From: Planctomycetota bacterium
GTDB taxonomy: Bacteria > Planctomycetota > J058
Length of the DNA: 64,000 nt
Reading direction: 5' to 3'
NCBI GenBank assembly: GCA_019636275.1
Contig: JAHBXY010000034.1
Coordinates: forward strand, 4,002-68,001
Positions 22,301-28,262 of this stretch are shown one piece after another. Made by a program: the position numbers and the translations under genes. Below the pieces are notes generated by a model, which was given only the letters and a program-made list of their open reading frames with translations, ran no database searches and was not told the origin of the DNA. How positions within the stretch are numbered: position 1 is the first letter of the stretch; the number at the start of each line of letters is the position of its first letter.

Positions 22301-23769
22301 GGCTGTCGTTCGACGTGTTCGACCGGCTCGTGCGCGTGGAGCGGACGAGCGACGGGCAGACGGTCGGCAGGTACCGGTACGACGCGCTTGGCCGGCGCGT
22401 CGACCGGTGGTTCGTGGCTCGCGGGGAAGCGGTCGGGCAGCAGGCGTTCCACGTCAACGACGGCGCGCAGGAGGTCGAGGAGGTCGACGGGGCGGGCAAC
22501 GTCGTCGCCGACTACGTGTGGGGCGGGCTCTACCTGGACCAGGTCGTCCAGATGCGGCGGGGGGGGCAGGAGTACCACCTGCACGCCAACTCGATCTGGT
22601 CGGTGGTCGCGGCGACCGACGCGAGCGGGGCGGTGGTGGAGCGGTACTCGTACGCGTCGATCTACGGCGTGTGCGAGGTGCGCGACGCCGCGGGTGCGCC
22701 GCGGGCGAGGAGCGAGGAGATCGGGAACCCGTGGAGGTTCCAGGGGAGGAGGTTCGACCCGGAGACGGGCTTCTACTACTTCAGGCTGAGGTACCTGGAC
22801 CCGGAGGGAGGGAGGTTCGTCAGCAGGGATCCGCTGGGGATCTGGGGAGACGCGGGGCAGTTCGGGAATGCCTACTCGTTCTGCGGGAACGATCCGGTCA
22901 ATCGGGTGGATCCGTGGGGGTTGGAGGGGGAGGACCGTGGGCCGGATCGGCCATGGTGGGTCTACATTCCAATAATTGGTCCATGGTGGGAGTTCCAGGA
23001 AACAAGGAGGGCTGCTCAGGAGTCGGAGGCTCGCCAGGACGAATGCGATCGGGAGTATCTGACTACGGCGCAGCAGGTAAGGCTCGGAGCACGTCGGGTC
23101 ACTCTCTACACGGCCACCGCTGGGTCCGCGATTGTGGCCGGAGAGGCGGGGGCGGTCGTTGCCTACTTTTCGGCACCAATCATCAGCCAATTCGCCACTC
23201 GGCTACTGAGCAGCCTTGGGCTACGCGGGGCGTTCAGTCTTGCGCAGAATCTCGCGTACCGCGCGTACGTTTGGGCTGCAACGCGCCTAATGGGGATTCA
23301 GTTGCGCTTCCTCGGCATCGGCGCAGCCGGAGCCGGAGGCGCCGCGCAGAGAATGGGAACCAGCGTAGTTCAGACGGGCGAGCGAAGCGTCCGACTGGAG
23401 ATCGAAGGACAGGTCGTTGGCACCATGAGGGTCGTTGCGGACAGGGTTACAGGCGCAATGAACACCATGAAGGGAGGACTTGACATTCGTGGTGTGGCGC
23501 CTCAAGGGCAAGGCTACGGGAAGGAACTCCTCATCAAGTCGTTCGACGCCCTCCGCGCACTCGGCTATCGGGTGACCAGATTCAGGACGGATTGGACACC
23601 AGGGCTGGACACGAATCTCAAGGCATTCCAAAGGGCCATTGCGAGTGGGATGTCTCCCCAGCGAGCCGCGTTCGAGACGCCCACCGGCAAAGCGATGCTT
23701 GACCTGGGATTCACAAACGTCGAGATCATCAAGAACACCGCAGGGCAGGTCATCCTGGAGTTCTTCTAA
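10396..23769 (+). CDS. giant secreted RHS/YD-repeat polymorphic toxin (Ig-like stalk, RHS shell, variable C-terminal toxin tip with GNAT-like fold)
   Basis: About 4458 aa with a signal peptide. Roughly 2400 aa of repeated Ig-like or carboxypeptidase-regulatory-like modules come first. The RHS shell starts near 17640 (WTRSYKGYGLYAGPLGHRWTHGFDQRLL) and contains many YD repeats (YDSRGNV, YDAAGRL, YRYDALGRRVDR). The RHS core ends at PWRFQGRRFDPETGFYYFRLRYLDPEGGRFVSRDPLGIWGD...DPVNRVDPWGL (22909-22923). A 282-aa low-GC tip follows, with hydrophobic segments and then VRLEIEGQVVG...LDIRGVAPQGQGYGKELL (GNAT motif A-like). Confidence 0.9.
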   Translation: MTSREKRARRATLLTLAAAAGAAGLVVTSRAQEPPPSEAVVTLAFDAVADTYVAKDAQNRPHGSEAALAVEQAPRRRALVRFDLAAVGAWLAPDRLESAELELTIAGEVSLPPAGKQATLPIGAHRLTAAWSEAAATWTRPAAGQSWSMDKAPLPFADAPTTTLSLARGQRGVVRLDVTRDVAAFLAGETPGEARDHGWVLRCLDESGPGAVRFTSREAGAGPRLVVRLRDVTPPSLVIDTPVEDAWTGPADQVRVTFTDPRTGIAAGSFAARVGGVDVTGHFEVGPGGATAPLAALAAALAQGPNQLACEVRDVAGNLASAEVGYRFDSVGPAAALTPPPGAVVTTDTISVRVTYEDLGAGVDLATVAASLDGEPLALEVGAAEATAVVTLGHGEHTLTAEVRDLVGNPTVASSTFRVVLFGALEGVVGGARAEDARMITPLPGVRVRALTPEAPEVVTDHQGNFTLPGVRAGQPVVLVADGATQGFGRAYMTVEAVADRSVPVDRSVILHELPAEQTPLALDADGRTTQQLVLTNPDVPGLSLTIDAGSRVVLPDDLTPGVTPALSITRLAWAATPNPLASDLYASWWVMAHPVGAQVVEGFGLTLPNDLGLPPGTEVTFQQFDHRTGALFPKTTLRVSADGSRLEGRFNSDLLNGAAAVAGGPPMTVSFNVDLTASGSVSTLFAQLNGASAGLYPTATPGVYVFTGTQPTNPTGGTPSTPIITLTRTPTFPTTIQPVPTTPPPGTTTNTIGSVPLICEVWPQAIGPGQTLHVRVAGAPHFHALVAHVGNQSAPLSHLATQGDVYLFRSPADAPLPEGSYVLEWQQGSPFRDDKLWFSGAPPANRLALDRTAPAISTLSFPEGVTTQPQATLQLVTGDAVAGIRSVELQAFSGSTFETVAGPFLFGEAGSFGPTSVNLSQSLPLTTGTNRVRAVVVDTAGISQVRETTVVLDTVPPVFLATSFPPTVTRHAQLLFSTQVTDEHSLVEQVSLLRDGMVAQTSTSPGKTVTRQFTEIVPDGRYTYSFRAVDSAGNVAHSASQEVVVDRAAPMITDVSAVKSADDAFTITFTVTEVGPAGLAGYEIERFRFGVPAGTVAADALSGFGPVTITLTDADRPDGDYSYRIRAIDQAQNEQVVTVEAGKVDQSPPAIHVGDLSGGVFGPGVRTGTCVVEDNFDPEHLSVFLDGAAPTLTITREQVAVDLVRTTISFSILKLVEGQHDLQVSATDPGGNTTTVNGTFTVDLTAPEVTQVEPASGLSSTPTIEFSADHEDILSEIVPDSTTLVLASDPIDLTAIALRTPTRTSATVTGVPDGQHTFILRLTDRAGNVTEHRHPVLVDTRAPQVTVTQAPAPAPAWTRDPRAPLRATFHDDGGSGVAEVRLLLDGVDVTDEASVSATSLTFAPDTLTNAAHEYRLEVRDRAGHVTTVSLPFQVDAAPPSAPGRPLAGARPLAATTIVRWLPSVDAGPSGVALYRLFRSEDGGETFQLAATTAATEATVAFPTGEKTVFRLVAVDAAGNVSAAVDAKGCEVVALHELTTAVSTVLQVRVQRSDGSPIADALVTETGGTGVVLAHLGDGLYRSGALTVPSGQPLYLQISADGTAFVSGPLLPLLPETTETDFGLVVLARHRLAQHVFAAGGQSGGQVGFTLGEAGAFGPPPATSGGFELAGGFWHGVDVEGEVVVHVLQTPPVLCAPYLPLTFEVVADGGAFDVTVEYSTDAGATFAPATIVAGATQALAGTPVGRRYMAIWHADADLGDLSLADVVVRVSPVGRPERGGRIGTTLIRSFKVLAVEPRAGTRDLDPQGELALTFSRPVTNDPANLAASIVLEDAVAGTSEPVDLFASGTPLGVAVRVVPRSALAPDREYRLRVLPGLRPATGQFVFDQHELVLGLSAFEAAYRTGGLDARAPRLLSSVPAHGAGGVPTGQTVFLFFDEELDPASVTDQSVVVTTAMGVVPAPVSLLADGRTVAVSPSLQPGRCYTVSVGRGVRDLAGNALADFGHVTFSTLTSQLTPPAPTITSPANGATLSDPRPLITGHAAPRYEVHLFVNGFPTGLRTVARDDGTFEIAPFALPDGDLTLFAVTAWPGGSPASVPGAPVSFRIETERLPASSPPAPGATDVHEVLAGALEEPAHRYELRFSGDPGAPFVLDVETLRRSQGLFAPIELRVAPENGGGTFSVAAGRQTLGAGSNTFDASGQARVTYRANDVVKDGARLRLVNPLDQTATEPQEVVQRSPIAFVGVGASPPFAGPIRASVALRARLLRSPETAILAGSGYPVRVRAVDENGEPTDAVAIDGQPGSTGATAVTDENGNVIVTFVHQDGEAPFALVVESGASFDCPPFDRLQPTRLGESGIFVPTGGESGPGGVFLATRNDPVNNLSDGQCDALAMSRPCPPEPPAGATAPKKRTQPINVDHGGKLQTRVDLVLPGRGVHFAWTRSYKGYGLYAGPLGHRWTHGFDQRLLRQPSGDVLWVTGTARTETFRSVGGGRFATPRGFDVVLSVDAQGVGTLRDPSGGKAVFRAFGAVNAPGALAEVRDAHGNRLALEYGVTGAVAGRLIAVVDPLGRRVDLGYDLLGRIVTVTDHLGRQVRYRYSRLGDLIAATSPEVLATTEGELLPAADQFPEGRTEVYAYTSGFADERLNHQMLLRVAPVEAAKLPPGRLEDLSLLRPLACVENTYDLDPDSPSYGSVIKQRWGGESVLPAWTGETAPLAAGGTSTFRYEDLPLPPNASLNHPARKTTIVDRAGNLVELFHNRAGQCVRVRQYTNRNVRPGEPEFYEATKVYNHAGLLIAHTLPTGSTTRWIHADEDLNGDGALTPGEDRNGDGDFDDPEDVQPEDDPRYAYRPGNGVLDRRAPWQRLQLLRVVQEPDARGDTRGGVRPRIRTFEYDPVFGRLIRHTDPRGHDSDYTPQNGGPWSPERYTSHVRLDYQQGEPTATRAALAAELGTSEADLQALLDEAGVVLGLGDLNASPADDGHRFGDPVRAEAPSVRVATGQTLMQAVYGPAQAVVTLLETSPLGQPLRAVDPEGNVTLFHYHPEADPDGDGVPEPGVTSTVTTGGWLAEVIVDAVSAPGRNAGTNPPPVAARTRLFYDRAGNPTRVIDPRGVEHRTTYNVLNEPVSSRVATAIVGSSGGPVTEPGLAPLGYEARVTYDANGRPVEVRVSNAGERDGSVTQVATNPWWTRKVAYDLLDGAVLTLAEVEPIADDASITVSSPGVVVSRVVYEPNRDVRLVVKPEGNVVHYVHDERSRLAYVTDGLGTPEQATTTLLVDVNGNLERIVSPVKRNPTKAPGYAGDVTLLRYNGFDEQICTHDPEGNCGDAVMDPLGQKVRFVRHGPNEENLPRLLEVEYHYDELGRLFRTDARVFEDLTQRFEKHGAAFRTIPTIDHAPPAGEEEAVTLVELDALGRALRGVDPKGDESLAVWDGAGRLLRALGPMFSSVAGAGAVRNEVRFAYNQAGQPVSVTTFDRSPLGLEQTFTSTAAYDAVGRLFQATDPAGHTGRLVYDSRGNVIGASDANSLATVPNLPGLWPPTVNGHGNVARTFYDGLSRPVASEVLLKKGGVGDGSLDDTNLDTGNASNPDGKITITQRWDRNSRLVSRSDDNGSTTGWAHDARDRVVYTLGADLSVQRTLYDPDSLVRQTIDRNGTVIDRSYDAAGRLLKVEATRRATNLEGTGQAVEGTAVQAFEYDGLHRVRLAVDQNDPLDPTDDVATSFTYDSLGRQLTERHRFRAQTSLVSTFATQGRITVGAAGIDRTITRTFDLDSNRTSTTYSSGRTLTYQLDGLDRLQAIRDSVGTITAMEFVGGRPLASTTGRGTVSTSYSYDAKRRLTGLDHVGSAGRMAGFGYAWDRADRRASETHLPAVGVAARTETYTYDSASRITRVAFGDARPDTSWVIDGVGNWVSRTEGGQTQTTNQRQNGRYAPDLMNEVQRLATFNALGSLVKDEQHTQDPNGNRIKSGEWRLSFDVFDRLVRVERTSDGQTVGRYRYDALGRRVDRWFVARGEAVGQQAFHVNDGAQEVEEVDGAGNVVADYVWGGLYLDQVVQMRRGGQEYHLHANSIWSVVAATDASGAVVERYSYASIYGVCEVRDAAGAPRARSEEIGNPWRFQGRRFDPETGFYYFRLRYLDPEGGRFVSRDPLGIWGDAGQFGNAYSFCGNDPVNRVDPWGLEGEDRGPDRPWWVYIPIIGPWWEFQETRRAAQESEARQDECDREYLTTAQQVRLGARRVTLYTATAGSAIVAGEAGAVVAYFSAPIISQFATRLLSSLGLRGAFSLAQNLAYRAYVWAATRLMGIQLRFLGIGAAGAGGAAQRMGTSVVQTGERSVRLEIEGQVVGTMRVVADRVTGAMNTMKGGLDIRGVAPQGQGYGKELLIKSFDALRALGYRVTRFRTDWTPGLDTNLKAFQRAIASGMSPQRAAFETPTGKAMLDLGFTNVEIIKNTAGQVILEFF
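20758..22923 (+). repeat. 2.17-kb direct repeat (RHS core), copy 1; partner at 38602-40767
   Basis: Near-identical DNA and protein between the main RHS and the orphan cassette, running from EVRF(A/T)YNQAGQPV to DPWGL. Confidence 0.9.
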
Positions 23770-24397
23770 TGCCCTCGAGAGCCCAGTGACCAACCGTATG
23801 GCGCAGCATGGCCAGGGAGCGCTCTCCAAGGACGCGTCCGCCGTATGTAATCGCCCACAAGAGATCATCTCCTTGGTCGTCCATGTCTCGGTTGACCGAC
23901 GCGCGAGCGAACGCTCGAACTGCAAGTGCGCAGAAACACAACCGCTGGGCACCCGCCTGGTCCGCAATCTGACTAAGCGAACTGAGGTCGTCGTCCTGAC
24001 TAACTACACGCTGCCGGTGGTCATCGCATTGACATGCTTGCCAGCGACGAACTGACTCAACGAACGGTGAGAGAGTGCGCCCACCCGCGAACGAGTGGTC
24101 AGCGACGAGCCACTCTCTCGCGACAGCCACGGCGACCGCTTCTGACGCGCGAATCGCTCCGTCACGCCACCGCGAGATCAAGGCAGAAGCCCACGCTCCC
24201 AAGGTTTCTGCCTCCCCGGGTTGAACATCACCGACAGCCCTCCTCGCCCCCTCATGCCCGCAGTACGCCGCCAACTCCAGCCGCTCCCGCGTGAGGTCCC
24301 CCACGCGCACGCGCTCCAGCAGGTAGGCGGCCTCGTCCTCGACGGCGCCCGTCTCCCGCCAGCGGCGTTCGAGTTCGCGTAGCTTGGCGTCGCTCAT
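23750..24397 (-). CDS. candidate cognate immunity protein (convergent to toxin tip); conserved N-terminus, variable C-terminus
   Basis: 215 aa. The ATG has the RBS GGGGAGAG. It overlaps the toxin stop by 20 nt. The first ~55 aa (MSDAKLRELERRWRETG...AAYCGHEGARR) are shared with the paralogue at 41716-42312, and the sequences then diverge. Local GC drops to about 56-60%. Confidence 0.5.
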   Translation of the reverse strand: MSDAKLRELERRWRETGAVEDEAAYLLERVRVGDLTRERLELAAYCGHEGARRAVGDVQPGEAETLGAWASALISRWRDGAIRASEAVAVAVAREWLVADHSFAGGRTLSPFVESVRRWQACQCDDHRQRVVSQDDDLSSLSQIADQAGAQRLCFCALAVRAFARASVNRDMDDQGDDLLWAITYGGRVLGERSLAMLRHTVGHWALEGIRRTPG

Positions 24398-24676
24398 GAC
24401 GGCTGACTCTCCCCCGGAACCCCGAGCATGACCGTCCCCGCCGACATGCGCCGCGTCCTCCGCGCCCTCGCCGGCAAGCCCTGCTGGCACGTCTCGGCCG
24501 GCCCCGGAGTCGGCTCGACGTTCCAACTCGCCCTGGGTGCCAAGGTGCCACGGGCGAGGCCGCTCGCCAACCCTGCGCAGCCGCCGGCCTACCGGAAGTT
24601 CGAGGGCGAGTGCGCGCTCATGGTCTGGTGCGCCTGGCGACTCGACGGACCGCAGGGACCGGTGGTCAGCAGCGAC
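24232..24676. repeat. 445-bp direct repeat, copy 1 (divergent promoter block plus the 5' ends of two genes); partner 42147-42591
   Basis: Near-identical sequence at both sites. It encodes the N-termini of the minus-strand immunity-like genes and of the plus-strand MTVPADMRRVLRALAGK... genes. Confidence 0.85.
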
Positions 24677-24928
24677 TCCGAGGACGAGGTTGTGGACCGC
24701 CTGCTCACGCGCGCCCTGCGCGGCCGGACGGTCGAGCGGGCGCGGATCACGGTGCCGCTGGCGTGGGACCTGGAGGTCGCGTTCGACCGCGCGCTCGTCT
24801 TGCGCGTGCTCTGCGACCACCTGCCCGGCGACCCGTCGTTCGACGGCAACTACGAGGTCGTGCTGCCGGACCGGGAACTGGCCGTCGGGCCGGGGCGCAA
24901 GTGGGAGGTGGTGCCGAGGCGCCGGTGA
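24428..24928 (+). CDS. hypothetical protein (divergent partner of immunity-like gene)
   Basis: 166 aa. A truncated paralogue is at 42343-42591. The RBS is weak. Confidence 0.4.
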   Translation: MTVPADMRRVLRALAGKPCWHVSAGPGVGSTFQLALGAKVPRARPLANPAQPPAYRKFEGECALMVWCAWRLDGPQGPVVSSDSEDEVVDRLLTRALRGRTVERARITVPLAWDLEVAFDRALVLRVLCDHLPGDPSFDGNYEVVLPDRELAVGPGRKWEVVPRRR

Positions 24929-25313
24929 GCGGTGGCCCGCTGGCCCGGGGTCGGGTGCGAGGCGGCCGGCGGCGCCGACGCGGTGGCCGCGCTCGTCGAG
25001 GACAGGCCGGCGCTCAGGGCGGCCCTGGAGCGGGGGCGGGCGGCGGTGGCGGCCATGGCGCCGGTCGAGCAGGAGTCGGTGGTGGAGTTGGCCAGGGCGC
25101 TGCTCGGGTAGTGCATGGGGCGAAAGCCCCTGCGGCGGGCGGCACGGGCCGGCGACCTGGTGGGCTGACGTCCGGGCCGGCCGGTGACCTCCGAGGGCCG
25201 TACAGGGCGCGAGGCGCGCCGCACCGGGCGACGCGCCCCTCTCGACCGACATGGTGTTCTCGGAGAGCCCGGCGTCCCCGGCCACCGTGGTCGGGGCCGC
25301 CGAGCCGAGCGGG

Positions 25314-25697
25314 TTACTCCTCTTCCTCGTCGTCGTCGTCGTCCTCGCACTCGTCGCAGCCCTCGCAGTCCTCGTCGTCGCACTCGGGCTCCTCGAGGTC
25401 GTCATCCGACTCGTCGTCGTCTTCTTCGTCGGCCTCGTCCTCATCCGACTCGTCGGCATCCTCGTCGAGGTCGTCGTCCGACTCCTCCTGGTCTTCCTCC
25501 TCGTCTTCGCACTCGCGCTCACACTCCAGGACCTGCTGGTGGACCCACTCCCGCAGCTCGTCGATGTCCCACCGCCTGTGGCCGCCGATCGTCTGCTCGC
25601 ACGGGGCCCCAAGGGCCGCCCACCTGCACACGGTCGAGGCCGAGACGCCAAGGGCCTGGGCGGCCTGGCTTGTCGTCAGTAGCACGTTGTCTGGCAT
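25314..25697 (-). CDS. MerR/excisionase-family HTH protein with extreme poly-acidic, Cys-containing C-terminal tail
   Basis: 127 aa. The N-terminus LLTTSQAAQALGVSASTVCRWAALG...GGHRRWDIDELREWV is a helix-turn-helix. About 70 aa of D/E-rich tail follow (…CDDEDCEGCDECEDDDDDEEEE). Confidence 0.7.
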   Translation of the reverse strand: MPDNVLLTTSQAAQALGVSASTVCRWAALGAPCEQTIGGHRRWDIDELREWVHQQVLECERECEDEEEDQEESDDDLDEDADESDEDEADEEDDDESDDDLEEPECDDEDCEGCDECEDDDDDEEEE

Positions 25698-25782
25698 GTT
25701 TCGAACTCCGTCACCCGCTCAGACTCGACAGATAATCCGCGCAAGACGCGCATGCAAGGCTCGATGTGGGCTGTCGAGGCCT

Positions 25783-25840
25783 GACACGCCACAAGTCATC
25801 TGCGGCAGATGATTTGTCAAATCTGCGGCGCCCGAAGATT
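25783..25840. promoter_or_regulatory. palindromic operator-like site in divergent promoter region (tcatctgcggcagatga; second half-site atctgcggcg)
   Basis: A 17-bp near-perfect palindrome lies between the divergent HTH gene (25697, minus) and the 25874 plus gene. Confidence 0.4.
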
Positions 25841-25873
25841 CCTCGCGACTACGATCAGTCGGGAGGACTCGCC

Positions 25874-26416
25874 ATGGCGAACAGGACCCTCGTCGACGCT
25901 GTCGTCCAGCTCGGTCAGGTCGTCGAGGACCTGTCGGCCAGGGTCGCCGCGCTCGAGGCGGCTCGCGCCGACCTCGAACGGAAGACGGAGGTCGTCCAGG
26001 CCGCGCAGCGATCCTGGCGTCCGCTCATGCGGGTTCAGGGCGACCTGATGATCGCCAGCGAGGCCGGCGACACGGCCCGCGTGCCGCTGTCGGTGTGCCG
26101 TGCGTTGGCCGCCGGCAGGGCGCTCGACCTGGATGTCGCGCATGAGGGTGAGCTCGTTCGACTCGTCGATCATGGCGGACGCGCCGTCGCCACCTTGCCC
26201 AGGGCCGCCCTGCTGGCGCTGCCGCGGGTGCTGGGGTCGCCGGAGGCGACGAAGCTCTTGGGTGCGACGACGACTACAGGAGTTGGGTGTCGTAGTCGGA
26301 GTCGGACGACAGGAATGACAAGTATCGGATCGCCCGAGAACCGCGCGACAGGCCCGGTTCCGAGGCACAACAGCTCAGCGACAACAGGACCGGACTTCCG
26401 GGAACAGGAGGCCTGA
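25874..26416 (+). CDS. hypothetical protein (coiled-coil N-terminus)
   Basis: 180 aa. RBS GGGAGG is 7 nt upstream. It is the first gene of a 4-gene plus-strand block. Confidence 0.5.
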   Translation: MANRTLVDAVVQLGQVVEDLSARVAALEAARADLERKTEVVQAAQRSWRPLMRVQGDLMIASEAGDTARVPLSVCRALAAGRALDLDVAHEGELVRLVDHGGRAVATLPRAALLALPRVLGSPEATKLLGATTTTGVGCRSRSRTTGMTSIGSPENRATGPVPRHNSSATTGPDFREQEA

Positions 26417-26417
26417 C

Positions 26418-28226
26418 ATGGCTAAACGCGACGACATCCGGGTGCGACTGCTCGAACTCCTCGCAACAGGGCCTGCGAGCCTGCGACCGCTCTTCGCCGA
26501 GTTCCCGCGCTGGGAGGTCTATGCCGCGCTCAAGGAGCTCAGGGAGGAGATGCTGGTCATGCCGGGGCCGACGAAGGGCACCTGGCAGCTCACGCAGGCC
26601 GGGGTTCAGGCCGCCGAGGGCGCGCCGGTGCCGCCGGCGAGGTCCCCGATGAACTGGCCCACGCTGCCGGGCGTGCCGCACCTGGACGTGCTGCCCTCGC
26701 GCGAGCATCAGGCGCTCGGGCGACTGGTCCTGCTGGCCGCCACAGCCCGCCGGCACTACGAGCACCACCACGCGAGCTTCGTCTTGTTCAGCAGGTCGGG
26801 TCTGCGGGGCAAGACCTGGCTTGGGCGCTGGGCGTCGCTGGTCCTCGGTGGCGGCGACGTGGTGCACGCCGTCGCCGAGGGCGGGCGGTCGCTGGCCGCG
26901 CGGCGCCGAGGTGACGGCCAGGTCGCGGCGGTGCGGGCGGCGCTGGGCAGGCCGATGCTGATGATCGACGAGTGGCGGCGTGGGTCGACTGAGGTGCGGC
27001 GGTTGACGACCGTGCTCATCCACGGCGACAGGTTCGTCCCGTTCGAGGACGCGCAGATCCAGGTCGCCGCGGTCATCCTGCTCGCGATGAACTCCCCCGC
27101 CGGCGCCGAGAGCGTCGAGGAGGCGACCGGCCTCGACGCCCCGATGATCCGCAGGTGCTTGGTCACCTTCCTGGAGCGTGTGGTCCTGGATGCGGCGTTC
27201 GCCCGCGATGGCGAGGAGCGCCTGGATCGTGTCCGCGAACTCGGGCCTGTCGCGCTGCCTGACGTCAGGCCCGGCGCTGTGGACGAGCGCAGCCTCCGCG
27301 ACCGGATCGCCGACGCGCTGGAGGTCGTCTTGGACAGCCGCGAGCGCATGGGGTCGCTCGACCTGGTGCTGCTCGGTCAGCTCGCGGTGGCGGCCTGCGC
27401 GTGGGGCCTGTCGGTCGAGGAGGCGGTCGCCATGGTCGTGCACTCGTGCTGCGTGCTGTGGGCGACCACGGGGTGGACGGCGGCGGCCTGGGAGGAGCGG
27501 CTCGCCGAGGTGGTCGGACGAGACGAGGATGCTCACGAGGTCGAGGAGGCCGATGTCGTCATGGAGGATGACATCAAGTGCGACCACGCCTGGGAGGACC
27601 GGGTCGCCGAGCTCGACCGGGTCGCCCGGGCGCATGGCGCTGGCGACCCGACGGTGCTCGATTATCTGCTCCGGCTGGCGGCGGCAGTGCGCGGCGTGGG
27701 CCTGGGCGCCAAGGACCTCGCGGGAATCAGGGAGATGCTCACGATCGTGCGCGGGCGCGACGTCGACGCCGAGGGACGGCTGCGGGTCCTGGCCGCCATG
27801 GACGAGTGTGAGATCTCGCCCGAGGAGGCGAGGCGCGTGCTCGAGGTCGTGGCCGCCGGGAGGGAGGCGTTCGGCCTGGGCGCCGAGGACGTGATGCAGA
27901 TGCTGCGCGGTATCGGAGAGGCGGGACTGGACCCGGGCGAGGTCGGCGCCTGGGCGGCGTGGTCGATGGCGGAGCTCGGCAGGCTGGATGGCGAGGTCGA
28001 GCTGGCGCGTTCGGAGCTGCGGCGCTGGCGGCGTGATGTGGGGGAGGCGGCGGACCATCTCGCAACCCTCAACGCGAGGATCACCAAGCTCGCCGAGCTC
28101 ATCGGACGCGCGAGGAGCGAGCCGGGGCTGGCACGGCTGGTCGTCATGGCGGACTCGGAGCGAGGGCGCCAAGTCATTGCGCAGGTCATGCGGGCAGCGG
28201 AGGAGATTAGCGCGGCGACATCGTGA
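26418..28226 (+). CDS. hypothetical 602-aa protein with N-terminal winged-helix-like region
   Basis: RBS CAGGAGG. The N-terminus IRVRLLELLATGPASL...EVYAALKELREEMLV is wHTH-like. Confidence 0.5.
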   Translation: MAKRDDIRVRLLELLATGPASLRPLFAEFPRWEVYAALKELREEMLVMPGPTKGTWQLTQAGVQAAEGAPVPPARSPMNWPTLPGVPHLDVLPSREHQALGRLVLLAATARRHYEHHHASFVLFSRSGLRGKTWLGRWASLVLGGGDVVHAVAEGGRSLAARRRGDGQVAAVRAALGRPMLMIDEWRRGSTEVRRLTTVLIHGDRFVPFEDAQIQVAAVILLAMNSPAGAESVEEATGLDAPMIRRCLVTFLERVVLDAAFARDGEERLDRVRELGPVALPDVRPGAVDERSLRDRIADALEVVLDSRERMGSLDLVLLGQLAVAACAWGLSVEEAVAMVVHSCCVLWATTGWTAAAWEERLAEVVGRDEDAHEVEEADVVMEDDIKCDHAWEDRVAELDRVARAHGAGDPTVLDYLLRLAAAVRGVGLGAKDLAGIREMLTIVRGRDVDAEGRLRVLAAMDECEISPEEARRVLEVVAAGREAFGLGAEDVMQMLRGIGEAGLDPGEVGAWAAWSMAELGRLDGEVELARSELRRWRRDVGEAADHLATLNARITKLAELIGRARSEPGLARLVVMADSERGRQVIAQVMRAAEEISAATS

Positions 28227-28262
28227 TCAGCCGCCGCCCGGGGTGCCACGCCGCCGCTCCGC

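Noticed and set aside
10093-23190. Series of very long minus-strand ORFs (10093-13002, 13075-16806, 17110-20463, 20473-23190) opposite the RHS gene
   Set aside because: Their Arg/Gly/Asp/Pro-rich low-complexity translations have no motifs. They are antisense to a gene with unmistakable RHS/YD signatures.
23798-24055. Small plus-strand ORF (85 aa) immediately downstream of the toxin tip, in the canonical immunity position
   Set aside because: It is antisense to a longer, better-formed minus-strand ORF that has an RBS and a conserved paralogue. Its own translation is Arg/Ser-rich with no start context. It is kept only as an alternative immunity candidate.
24537-25812. Overlapping 216-aa and 400-aa plus-strand ORFs (Gly/Arg-rich and poly-Ser)
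   Set aside because: The poly-Ser run is the antisense of the poly-Asp/Glu tail codons of the HTH gene. The rest is Arg/Gly-rich and non-coding in character.
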